Shown piece after piece: positions 17,175-25,854 of a DNA stretch of 64,000 nt. Both the position numbers and the translations under genes were made by a program. Position 1 is the first letter of the stretch. Every line of letters starts with the position of its first letter. Source of the stretch: Chitinophagales bacterium (GTDB taxonomy: Bacteria > Bacteroidota > Bacteroidia > Chitinophagales > UBA10324); the NCBI GenBank assembly GCA_025056305.1, contig JANWWJ010000041.1, positions 302 through 64,301 on the forward strand, given 5' to 3'. The notes under the pieces are model-generated. The model made no database searches, was not told the origin of the DNA, and worked only from the letters and a program-made list of their open reading frames with translations.

Positions 17175-18566
17175 ATGAAAAAAAATTGTCTTGTTTTCGT
17201 GCTGTTGCTTGCGTTGGCCTCGTGCGAGTCTTTTTTAGACCTCACCCCGCCCGATGAAGTAACCGACGATCAGGTGCTCACCTCTGCAGAAGGTTTGCTG
17301 TCGGCACGCATTGGCATGTACAATGCCTTGCAACACGACGCCTATTACGGTGGTTTCTTCCCGTTGATGATCGATGCCTACAGCGACAACGGAGCAGCCG
17401 GTGGCTACGACGCCCCCCAACTGAATCAGTTCAATGAAAAAAACCTTGGTGCCGACAACATTTTCATCGATAACTACTGGGTAGCCGCATATCAGGTCAT
17501 TTACACCGCCAACCGTATTCTGCGCAGTGTGGATGAAATTCAAGATGCGTCGCTGAGCGATGCATTGCGCGCGGATGTAAAAGGAGAAGCTTTGGCCATC
17601 AGGGCCTTAGCTCACTTTGACCTCCTGCGCACTTTTGGCGAACACTGGGATCTGCAATCGGCTTGGGGCATTCCACTCATGAACGAACACGATGATCCTG
17701 TCCAACCCAAAGGCCGGGCTTCAGTGGCCGATTGCTACAACTTCATATTAAACGATCTGCAGCAAGCGCGTCAGTTGGTTTCTGCAGACGATTTAGCCTA
17801 TGGCACGGGCCTTAAAACCGCTGCCTACATCACCCCTCAGGCTGTAGCAGCTTTGCTAGCCCGAGTATCGCTGTATCAAAAGGATTACCCAGCAGCGGTA
17901 GCATACGCTACAGAGGTGATCCAAAACAGCTCATACATGCTGTTGGATGATCCTGTGCTGATTTATCAGCAACGACTGACGCCGGAGAGCATTTTCGAAT
18001 TGCAGTTTACAGCACAAGATCAAAGTCAATACAACAACCTCACTTACGTGCGTGACGATGCACTGCGCGTAGATGTTTATTTTCTTGCCAACCGATTGCT
18101 CAACGACTTTTTTCAAGCCCGTCCGGGCGATCGGCGCAGCCAATTGGTCAACTTCGACCCTGCCAGCAACGACGGCAGCATACAGCCCGACGGGCGCACA
18201 CAGAAATACCGAGGTGAAGAAAGCCGAGACAATCCAGCATATGTCATTCGATTGGCCGAAATGTATCTGATCCGTGCCGAAGCTGCGGCCATGTTGGGAG
18301 ATTTAGCTACTTGTCAGAATGACCTGCAAACGTTGGCACAAAAAAGAGGCTATACGCTTCCGCCTGTTACCGCCAACAACTTCATGGATTTGGTTCAAGA
18401 CGAACGCCGTGCCGAACTCAACTTCGAAGGGCATCGCTACTTGGACCTTGCCCGCATTGGTAAAGTTGCTGAAGTTCTGGGTGAGCATGTGCTCCCTGTT
18501 TTTCCCATTCCGATCAATCAAATTCTGGCCAGTGGAGGCCTCATCGAGCAATACCCGGGTTATTGA
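17175..18566 (+). CDS. RagB/SusD-family nutrient-binding outer membrane lipoprotein
   Basis: Lipobox MKKNCLVFVLLLALASC. SusD-like TPR sequence (YLIRAEAAAMLGD, ERRAELNFEGHRYLDLARIG). It starts 10 nt after the SusC stop. Confidence 0.9.
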   Translation: MKKNCLVFVLLLALASCESFLDLTPPDEVTDDQVLTSAEGLLSARIGMYNALQHDAYYGGFFPLMIDAYSDNGAAGGYDAPQLNQFNEKNLGADNIFIDNYWVAAYQVIYTANRILRSVDEIQDASLSDALRADVKGEALAIRALAHFDLLRTFGEHWDLQSAWGIPLMNEHDDPVQPKGRASVADCYNFILNDLQQARQLVSADDLAYGTGLKTAAYITPQAVAALLARVSLYQKDYPAAVAYATEVIQNSSYMLLDDPVLIYQQRLTPESIFELQFTAQDQSQYNNLTYVRDDALRVDVYFLANRLLNDFFQARPGDRRSQLVNFDPASNDGSIQPDGRTQKYRGEESRDNPAYVIRLAEMYLIRAEAAAMLGDLATCQNDLQTLAQKRGYTLPPVTANNFMDLVQDERRAELNFEGHRYLDLARIGKVAEVLGEHVLPVFPIPINQILASGGLIEQYPGY

Positions 18567-19927
18567 TGGCCAACGTTTTTTATTCCATTAATCCCTACAA
18601 CCAGCAGGTGTTTGCCGAACATCCGGTGACGGACGTCCGGGGTATCGGGCAAGCCCTGGAAGCGGCAACCCAAGGCTGGCTTCACTGGAAAAACCTGCCT
18701 GTAAGCAGACGCGGCCTGTACTTGCAAGCCCTTGCCGATGAGTTAGAAAAAGCCAAAGAAGAGCTGGCGTTGCTCATGGCTAAAGAGATGGGAAAGGTCC
18801 TGCGCGAAGGACGGGCAGAAATAGATAAATGTGTCACTGCGTGCCGCTATTTCGCTGAACACGCAGAACTTTTTTTGCGCGATGAACCGATCAGCTGTGA
18901 AGCCCAGCGGGCACTGGTTTGCTACGAGCCCCTGGGCATCATTCTGGGCATTATGCCTTGGAACTTTCCGTTCTGGCAGGTATTACGCGCAGCAGCACCA
19001 GCGCTGATGGCCGGCAACGTTTTTTTGCTTAAGCATGCCCCCAACGTATGCGCGTGCAGCAAAAGGTTAGAACAACTATTCCAGCAGGCCGACTTTCCTG
19101 AGGGCGTTTTCCAAGCGCTGATCATCGATGTGGATCAGGTGCCGCAAATCATCGCCCATCCTCTGGTTCGGGGTGTGACGCTGACGGGCAGTGAGCGTGC
19201 CGGCGCTGCGGTAGCTTCTTTGGCAGGTGTACACATAAAAAAAACCGTACTGGAGCTCGGAGGCAGCGACCCGTTTCTGGTGCTGGACGATGCACCGTTG
19301 GAAGAGGCAGCACAGGTCGCCTTGCAATCGCGCCTGCAAAATGCCGGACAAAGCTGCATTGCGGCCAAGCGCCTGCTCGTGGCCGAAAGCATATATAAAC
19401 CTTTTGTTGATTTGTTACTGGAAGGCTTGAAACAATTCCGTCAGGGTAATCCTTTGGAAGAAGGGGTAGCATTAGGTCCGATGGCTCGTTTGGATTTGGC
19501 CGAAAAACTGGAGCAGCAACAAAACCGATCGGTGCAAATGGGAGCTCAGGTGCTTGCCGGTGGTCAACGCCACGGTTGCAACTATGCTCCAACGCTGCTG
19601 GCTTCGGTGCATACCGATCAGCCGGCTTTTCAGGAAGAATTGTTCGGGCCCGTGGCAGTGGTAATTCCGGTTCGTGACGATGCGCAGGCTGTCGCTCTGG
19701 CCAATCAAAGCCGCTATGGGTTGGGGGCAACCATTTGGACACGCAACCGGCAAAGGGCTGAACAACTTGCCCGCAGGTTGGAGTGTGGCGGCGTGTTTGT
19801 CAATACCCTGATGCGCAGTGATGTTCGGTTTCCTTTTGGCGGAATGAAAAGTTCAGGCTATGGCCGCGAACTGGGCCGCCACGGCATGCTTGAATTCACC
19901 AACATCAAGACCATTTACATCAATTAA
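18566..19927 (+). CDS. NAD(P)-dependent aldehyde dehydrogenase, Sad/YneI-like (succinate-semialdehyde dehydrogenase type)
   Basis: ALDH motifs LELGGSDP and the catalytic Cys in NAGQSCIAAKR, plus EELFGPV. The length of ~453 aa is typical of the short SSADH clade. The ATG overlaps the SusD TGA (TGATG). Confidence 0.85.
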   Translation: MANVFYSINPYNQQVFAEHPVTDVRGIGQALEAATQGWLHWKNLPVSRRGLYLQALADELEKAKEELALLMAKEMGKVLREGRAEIDKCVTACRYFAEHAELFLRDEPISCEAQRALVCYEPLGIILGIMPWNFPFWQVLRAAAPALMAGNVFLLKHAPNVCACSKRLEQLFQQADFPEGVFQALIIDVDQVPQIIAHPLVRGVTLTGSERAGAAVASLAGVHIKKTVLELGGSDPFLVLDDAPLEEAAQVALQSRLQNAGQSCIAAKRLLVAESIYKPFVDLLLEGLKQFRQGNPLEEGVALGPMARLDLAEKLEQQQNRSVQMGAQVLAGGQRHGCNYAPTLLASVHTDQPAFQEELFGPVAVVIPVRDDAQAVALANQSRYGLGATIWTRNRQRAEQLARRLECGGVFVNTLMRSDVRFPFGGMKSSGYGRELGRHGMLEFTNIKTIYIN

Positions 19928-19940
19928 AAAACACACTAAT

Positions 19941-21296
19941 ATGTCCATCATCATCACACGTAAGGAAGAAGAGGCAGGCCAGCACAAGCTGCGGCTGCAG
20001 AGTGAACGCATCTTTGCACGCCGCCGCAAGCTGATACCAAACGCTCTGAGCATTTTTACCCCCGCCACCGTGCAGCAAGCCAGTGGCGCTTACCTCACCG
20101 ACGCCGACGGTTACGCCCTCATTGACTTTACGGGCGGTATCGGTGTTTTGAATGCAGGCCATTGTCCACCGCCGGTTGTGCGTGCAATCCAGGAGCAGGC
20201 AGGTAAGTTCCTGCATACCTGCTTTGGCGTAGCGGCCTACGACCTCTATTTAGATGTTGCCGAACGGCTGGTAGAACTTTTTCCCCACGGAGAGGCCACC
20301 AAGGTTATGCTGACCAACTCTGGGGCAGAAAGTGTAGAAAACGCCATTAAAATTGCCCGACAATACACCAAGCGACCTGCTGTCATCTGTTATACCGGTT
20401 CCTTTCATGGGCGCTCGCTCATGGCCACGTCGTTAACCAGCAAGGTGGGCTATCGGCTCGGATGCGGGCCTTTCGCTCCTGAAGTGTACCGGTTGGCCTT
20501 TCCGGATTTTGTGCACGACAATCTGGGTATGGATGAAGACGCTTTTACCGAATACCACCTCCGTAAACTTGATGAATTTTTCTATTATTATGTTTCTGAA
20601 AAAGACGTTGCTGCCATCATCATCGAATGTGTTCAGGGCGAAGGCGGTTTCAACGTTTTGCCAAAAAAATACCTGCAAGGACTGCGGCGGGTTTGCGACC
20701 AGCACGGTATTGTGCTCATCATAGATGAAGTTCAGACAGGTTTCTGCCGCACCGGAAAATGGGCTGCTTACCAGCACTACGACGTCGTTCCCGACATCAG
20801 CACTTGGGCCAAATCCATTGCCAGCGGTATGCCTTTGGGTGCCGTCATCGGCCGGCAACACATCATGGATGGCATCAACCCCGGTACCATTGGTGGTACT
20901 TTTTTGGGCAATCCGGTTTGTTGTGCTGCTGCTCTGGCAACAATTCAGTACATGAAAGACATGCAGCTTAACGAAAGGGCGCAGCACATCGGAAGCATCA
21001 TCAGACGGCGATTTGAGGAAATGCAAAAGCGATTTCCCAAGCATATCTCCAACGTACGCGGTCTGGGTGCCATGATGGCTTTAGAATTATCACATGAGGG
21101 TGACATCCGTCGGCCTAACGGCGAGCTGGGGAAAGCTATGGTTCAGCGATGTCATGAAAAAGGACTGATCCTTATAACGGCAGGCGCTCACGGCAACATT
21201 CTGCGCATCCTCAGTCCGTTGGTCATTGAAGAAGATGTTTTGCATCGAGGCCTCGACATCATTGAAGAAAGTTTAGCCGAGCTGGTTGCCCAATGA
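19941..21296 (+). CDS. Class-III PLP aminotransferase, 4-aminobutyrate aminotransferase (GabT)-like
   Basis: GGIGVLNAGHCPP, SGAESVENAIKIAR, ECVQGEGGF and DEVQTGFCRTGKW. The PLP lysine is in TWAKSIASGMPLGA, and RGLGAMMALE is present. The protein is collinear with E. coli GabT as I recall it. Confidence 0.85.
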   Translation: MSIIITRKEEEAGQHKLRLQSERIFARRRKLIPNALSIFTPATVQQASGAYLTDADGYALIDFTGGIGVLNAGHCPPPVVRAIQEQAGKFLHTCFGVAAYDLYLDVAERLVELFPHGEATKVMLTNSGAESVENAIKIARQYTKRPAVICYTGSFHGRSLMATSLTSKVGYRLGCGPFAPEVYRLAFPDFVHDNLGMDEDAFTEYHLRKLDEFFYYYVSEKDVAAIIIECVQGEGGFNVLPKKYLQGLRRVCDQHGIVLIIDEVQTGFCRTGKWAAYQHYDVVPDISTWAKSIASGMPLGAVIGRQHIMDGINPGTIGGTFLGNPVCCAAALATIQYMKDMQLNERAQHIGSIIRRRFEEMQKRFPKHISNVRGLGAMMALELSHEGDIRRPNGELGKAMVQRCHEKGLILITAGAHGNILRILSPLVIEEDVLHRGLDIIEESLAELVAQ

Positions 21297-21323
21297 TAGC
21301 CTTCTCGCTAAAGGTGCTCCACA

Positions 21324-22754
21324 ATGGTTTTGGCTCGCTTTTTCAGCATCATCCTGCTTGCCAGCATTATTTGGTCATTTGTTCAGTTGGTCAGCGGTCA
21401 ATGGCACAGCCTGGCCTTCTTGCTCAACGGCAAGCAAGGTCAATCGCTGGTTGTGGATTTATGGGAACGCCATCAGGTTTCTGATAGCCTGATGACGCAG
21501 CTGCAGGCGGCCGGCGCCCAAGGGTTGGTAAAGGGTGACACGGTGCTGCGGCTCACGGAATCCGGACTTGTGGAAGTCAGCAGAGGCCACCAACCTGCTG
21601 ATGGCCTATTTCCTACCTGCCGCTACGCCGTAGTCGATTTATGGCTACCGTTATTGGGATACCTGATGTTTTTCTGTGGGCTAATGCAATTGCTCACCGA
21701 TTCGCGGGCCACCGAGCAAATTTCCCGTTGGCTGACTCCTTTTTTTACCCACATCTTTCCGGACTTACCTAGTGGGCATCCAGCCTATGGCTTCATGACG
21801 ATGAACTTCGCCGCCAATCTTTTGGGATTGGACAACGCCGCAACCCCTTTCGGTTTGAAAGCCATGCAGAGCATGCAGGAAACCAATCCCAACAAAGACG
21901 TTGCCACCAACAGTCAGATTATGTTTTTAACGCTGCATGCGGCAGGTCTGACGCTGATTCCCACCTCGCTCATCAGCTATCGCGCAGCCTTGAACGCGGC
22001 CAATCCTACCGACATCATGTTGCCGCTGATAACGACTTCATTCATTGGGACGGTAGCCGCCTTGGTGTTGGTAGGCCTTCGTCAACGCATCAACCTGCTG
22101 CGACCGATAGTGGTGCTGGTCATCGGCAGCATGGCAGCACTCATCGCCGGCATTTTGTTCTTTATCACCCGGCTTTCGCTGGCCTCGAAAATCACCTTCA
22201 CAACCAACCTCAGCAATGGATTATTGTTATTGATCATTTTGTTGATTGTTGCTTATGCCGTATGGAAAGAGAAGGTGTTTCGAGATCAAAGCACCAACAT
22301 TTTTGATTCCTTCATAGCGGGCGCCCGCGAAGGCTTCCAAACGGGGCTGCGCATTCTGCCTTACATGGTTGCCTTGCTGGCTGCCATCAGTCTTTTTCGC
22401 AACAGCGGACTGATGGAACTGTTGATCAGTGGGTTGAGCAAGGTGCTGCAGCGCTGGGGTGTACAGGAAGGGATCATTGAAGCTTTGCCAGTAGCGCTGA
22501 TGCGACCGTTCAGCGCCGGCGGTTCCCGGGCGTTTATGCTGGATGCCATGAAAACCTACGGCCCTGATTCTTTTGCAGGCATTTTATCCACCCTGTTTCA
22601 AGGAGCCGCCGAAACCACATTTTACGTCGTTGCGTTGTACTACGGTGCTGTAAACGTAAAAAACACTCGATATACCATAGGCGCTATGTTGCTGGTTGAC
22701 CTGATCACCGTACTTACGGCCATAGCTGTAGCCACTTTGTATTTTACATGGTAA
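21324..22754 (+). CDS. Nucleoside-recognition (Gate) domain membrane protein, fused SpmA/SpmB-like
   Basis: 476 aa polytopic membrane protein. The segments NFAANLLGLDNAATPFGLKAM and later GGSRAF...FQGAAETTFYVVALYYG resemble SpmA/SpmB-type Gate-domain proteins. An N-terminal ~95-aa extension carries one TM. Confidence 0.65.
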   Translation: MVLARFFSIILLASIIWSFVQLVSGQWHSLAFLLNGKQGQSLVVDLWERHQVSDSLMTQLQAAGAQGLVKGDTVLRLTESGLVEVSRGHQPADGLFPTCRYAVVDLWLPLLGYLMFFCGLMQLLTDSRATEQISRWLTPFFTHIFPDLPSGHPAYGFMTMNFAANLLGLDNAATPFGLKAMQSMQETNPNKDVATNSQIMFLTLHAAGLTLIPTSLISYRAALNAANPTDIMLPLITTSFIGTVAALVLVGLRQRINLLRPIVVLVIGSMAALIAGILFFITRLSLASKITFTTNLSNGLLLLIILLIVAYAVWKEKVFRDQSTNIFDSFIAGAREGFQTGLRILPYMVALLAAISLFRNSGLMELLISGLSKVLQRWGVQEGIIEALPVALMRPFSAGGSRAFMLDAMKTYGPDSFAGILSTLFQGAAETTFYVVALYYGAVNVKNTRYTIGAMLLVDLITVLTAIAVATLYFTW

Positions 22755-22813
22755 AGATTTGCAGCCCTTCTGTGAAACTGATGGGTTGTGCCCGTTGCCT
22801 GATCTTTAAGCAT

Positions 22814-24238
22814 ATGGGTAAGTTATTTTCATGGCTTCCGGGTCTGGTGTTCGTGCTATGGGCCTCCCACACATCAGCACAAATAGAGGTACTAATTAAG
22901 ATTAGAAATCTGCCTACCGACACGGTATGGTTTGGCCGCACCTGGGGCAAGCGCGCCGTGCCTATGTTTTCTGCTACAAAAGGAGCAGACGGTTCTGCTC
23001 GGCTTCGCACCGATTCAGTGCTTCAACCGGGCATATACGCCTTGCTGTTTAAAAGAGGCCGCCATGCACGATTCACCTACCTTTCCTGCTTGGTCACCGA
23101 GGAAACTCGCGTTTGGACGATAGAGACTTCCGTAGAAAAGCCCTACAGCCATGCCATCGTTTCTGGCAATGCGCTCACTGAAGCTTATCTGAGATATTAT
23201 GATGAATTTCAGACCCGATTGCGTGTGCGCGATTCCTTGAACGACCTGTGGAGGCTGACCCAAACCACAGAAGCCTTCGAATCCTTGACGGCATTCGAGC
23301 AGCGCATGCGCAGTTATCAACTGCGTGTGCGCGCAGCACATGCCGGTACATTGTTGGACAGTGTGGTGAGCTGGACTTTATTGCCTGACGGCGAAGCGTG
23401 GAACCAAAATTCCTTTCCGCTGCTTGAGCGGCAGCGCCTTCGCGAAGCTGCCTTTCACCAAGCGTTGCAGCACTCAATACGACAGGGCAACCTCCTGCAA
23501 AAGATGTCCTGCCCTTTATGGATTGAATGGCTGGACTTGACGGTATTCAAACTGTATGCAGATCCTCGACAGGTGGCCAAACTCGTGGATGAACTCTTAA
23601 AGTCCTTGCAGCCTCACGCATCGGTCTATCAATACTATTTCACATATATGCTCAACTCTTTTGCATCCATGAGCAGATTTAGTTTAGATGAGGTTTTTCT
23701 GCATATGTACAATACTTATGTAAAAACGGGTAAGGCTTCCTGGCTGGATGCGGAGCAATTAGAACGCTATGCCACTCAAGCAGCATTTATGCCCGGAACT
23801 CTTGTCGGTGACCGGGCCCGAAACGCGTTAGTACTTGACCGCCGTGGCCGCAAACGTCCGTTGGACAGCCTGCTGGGTGGCCCCACCTTGCTTGTTTTCT
23901 GGGACCCCGAATGTGGACATTGCCAGAAAGAATTGCCGGAACTAAGGCAAGTCACGCCCGCCTTCATGGACCGTGGGTTGCGTGTAATATCGGTATGCAT
24001 GGCCAAAGGTCCACGAGCTGCTGAATGCTGGGCTTTCGTGGATTCGCTGCAACTGCCTTCCGCCTGGATCCATGTCCGCGAACCGGACGATGAAGCGCAT
24101 CTGTCGCGCTTGTACAACACCCGCACTATTCCCCGCATCTACCTTATCGATGAAAACAGGATAATTGTGTACCGGCGTGCAGGCGAAGTGCCTGCATCGG
24201 AACTGCGCATTGTCCTAAATCGGTTTTTTAACAGTTGA
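22814..24238 (+). CDS. Secreted thioredoxin-fold (TlpA/AhpC-like) protein with a large N-terminal domain of unknown function
   Basis: Signal peptide MGKLFSWLPGLVFVLWASHTSAQ at the chosen ATG. The C-terminal thioredoxin motif is LLVFWDPECGHCQKELPEL. The ~330-aa N-terminal region is unassigned. Confidence 0.7.
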   Translation: MGKLFSWLPGLVFVLWASHTSAQIEVLIKIRNLPTDTVWFGRTWGKRAVPMFSATKGADGSARLRTDSVLQPGIYALLFKRGRHARFTYLSCLVTEETRVWTIETSVEKPYSHAIVSGNALTEAYLRYYDEFQTRLRVRDSLNDLWRLTQTTEAFESLTAFEQRMRSYQLRVRAAHAGTLLDSVVSWTLLPDGEAWNQNSFPLLERQRLREAAFHQALQHSIRQGNLLQKMSCPLWIEWLDLTVFKLYADPRQVAKLVDELLKSLQPHASVYQYYFTYMLNSFASMSRFSLDEVFLHMYNTYVKTGKASWLDAEQLERYATQAAFMPGTLVGDRARNALVLDRRGRKRPLDSLLGGPTLLVFWDPECGHCQKELPELRQVTPAFMDRGLRVISVCMAKGPRAAECWAFVDSLQLPSAWIHVREPDDEAHLSRLYNTRTIPRIYLIDENRIIVYRRAGEVPASELRIVLNRFFNS

Positions 24239-24286
24239 TTCCTGAACCAGTGCTAAACGGCAAAACGAATTGGCGCCACCGTCCAT

Positions 24287-24327
24287 CCCCGGCAGGGCAT
24301 CGAATACCGCAAGGGGTTTGTTTTTTG
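24287..24327 (+). terminator. Possible weak intrinsic terminator inside the cluster
   Basis: CCCCGG...CCGCAAGGGG followed by TTTGTTTTTT. The stem is imperfect and the loop is long. It lies in the only sizeable gap (126 nt) of the 13.5-30.9 kb cluster. Confidence 0.3.
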
Positions 24328-24364
24328 ATAAAACTTCTATATTGGATCTAAAGCCTACAGATAA

Positions 24365-25786
24365 ATGAAAAAACAATACATCAATGGCCAGTGGTGCGAT
24401 GCTGTGGGAGGAGGCATCTGGAAGGTGCAGAATCCGGCCACTGAAGAGTTCATTGCAGAAGTCCCTTATGGCGATGATCGCGACTGCATACAGGCCATAG
24501 CGGCTGCCGAACGTGCCTTTGATTCTTGGAAAAAGCTAACGGGATGGGAACGCGGGGCACTGTTGCGTCGAGTTGCGGATCTGATCCGATCCTATGCTGA
24601 AACATTTGCACGGGAAACCACTTTGGAGTGTGGTAAGCCCTTGCGTGAAGCCGTCGGGGAATGGCAGGTTGCTGCCGATCTTTTTGAATGGTATGGAGAA
24701 GAAGCCAAAAGGGCCTACGGGCGGGTGATTCCGGCCAAGCGCAGCGATCGACGCATGCAGGTGATCTTAGAACCCATGGGTGTGGTGGGCATCATCACTG
24801 CTTGGAATTTTCCTGCATACAATCCGGCGCGGGCCTGCGCAGCCGCATTGGCAGCTGGCTGCACGGTGGTATGCAAGGGATCGGAGTACACACCGCTTTC
24901 ATCGATGAATTTGTTTCGCGCCCTACACGAAGCTGGCCTTCCACCTGGGGTAGCCAATTTGGTCAACGGCGATGCTGCACGCATAGGAGCGGCCCTGCTT
25001 GAACAAGATGCCGTGCGTAAAATTTCTTTCACGGGCAGCACACGCGTAGGGAAGTTGCTCATGGATGGGGCGTCCCGAACGGTGAAACGGCTGGCGCTGG
25101 AACTGGGGGGCAATGCCCCTGTGCTTATTTTTGACGATGTGGACGTGGCAGCCGTGGCCCGAACCGCCGTCAGTGGGCGGTTTCGCAATGCCGGCCAAGT
25201 GTGTAACATTCCACAGCGCTTTTACGTAGCTGAAAATATTTATGAAGATTTTTTAAATATTACAAGCACCCATGCTCAACAGCTACGGGTTGGAAACGGA
25301 TTGGAGGAAGGGGTGGCCATGGGCCCCCTGATCAACCGAAGGCAACAGCAGCACGTGCTGCAGCTTTTGGATCTGGCCGAGCAACAAGGGGCTAGTTTGC
25401 TTTGTGGGGGTCAAACGCTGGAAAAAGGGTTTTTCGTTACTCCGGCCGTGGTGGCCGATCGCAGTGGTGCGGTCGTTTTTCGGCAGCAGGAAATCTTTGG
25501 CCCCGTTCTTCCGGTCATCCCCTTTAACACACTGGACGAAGCTTTGCGTCAGGCCAACGACACGCCGTATGGACTGGCTGCCTACGTGTGGACGCAAAAC
25601 CTTAAAAGAGCCTACGTTGCTGCCGAAGGGTTACGGTTCGGCATGATCGGTGTCAATGAATGGGCGCCTCACGCTACCGAGGCCCCTTTTGGCGGATGGA
25701 AACAAAGCGGACTAGGACACGAAAGCGGCAGTGAGGGCATGTTGGAATATATGGAAAAGAAACTCATAACTATAAATCTTTCCTGA
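24365..25786 (+). CDS. NAD(P)-dependent aldehyde dehydrogenase, GabD-like (succinate/glutarate-semialdehyde dehydrogenase type)
   Basis: ITAWNFP, FTGSTRVGK and LELGGNAP, with the catalytic Cys in NAGQVCNIPQR, plus QEIFGPV. 473 aa. Confidence 0.85.
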   Translation: MKKQYINGQWCDAVGGGIWKVQNPATEEFIAEVPYGDDRDCIQAIAAAERAFDSWKKLTGWERGALLRRVADLIRSYAETFARETTLECGKPLREAVGEWQVAADLFEWYGEEAKRAYGRVIPAKRSDRRMQVILEPMGVVGIITAWNFPAYNPARACAAALAAGCTVVCKGSEYTPLSSMNLFRALHEAGLPPGVANLVNGDAARIGAALLEQDAVRKISFTGSTRVGKLLMDGASRTVKRLALELGGNAPVLIFDDVDVAAVARTAVSGRFRNAGQVCNIPQRFYVAENIYEDFLNITSTHAQQLRVGNGLEEGVAMGPLINRRQQQHVLQLLDLAEQQGASLLCGGQTLEKGFFVTPAVVADRSGAVVFRQQEIFGPVLPVIPFNTLDEALRQANDTPYGLAAYVWTQNLKRAYVAAEGLRFGMIGVNEWAPHATEAPFGGWKQSGLGHESGSEGMLEYMEKKLITINLS

Positions 25787-25854
25787 ACGCAAGGGATTTT
25801 TTCTCTCTGCAAACACATACAAACATGCATTGAGCTCACGAACTTGTGCGCGGC

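Noticed and set aside
14078-18566. Reading the SusC/SusD pair as a conventional glycan PUL
   Set aside because: No glycoside hydrolase, polysaccharide lyase, carbohydrate esterase, sulfatase or HTCS/SusR/ECF regulator is recognisable in the flanking 17 kb. All linked enzymes are amine or amide catabolic types.
19149-21044. Long antisense ORFs inside the ALDH and aminotransferase genes (19149-19742, 19472-19765 and 20433-21044 on the minus strand)
   Set aside because: They are fully embedded opposite genes with unmistakable family motifs. Their translations are Pro/Arg/Ala/Gly-rich with no motifs, which is typical of antisense frames.
24715-25209. 164-aa minus-strand ORF and several 80-104-aa ORFs within the second ALDH gene
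   Set aside because: The reasoning is the same: they are antisense or off-frame to a strongly supported ALDH and have low-complexity composition.
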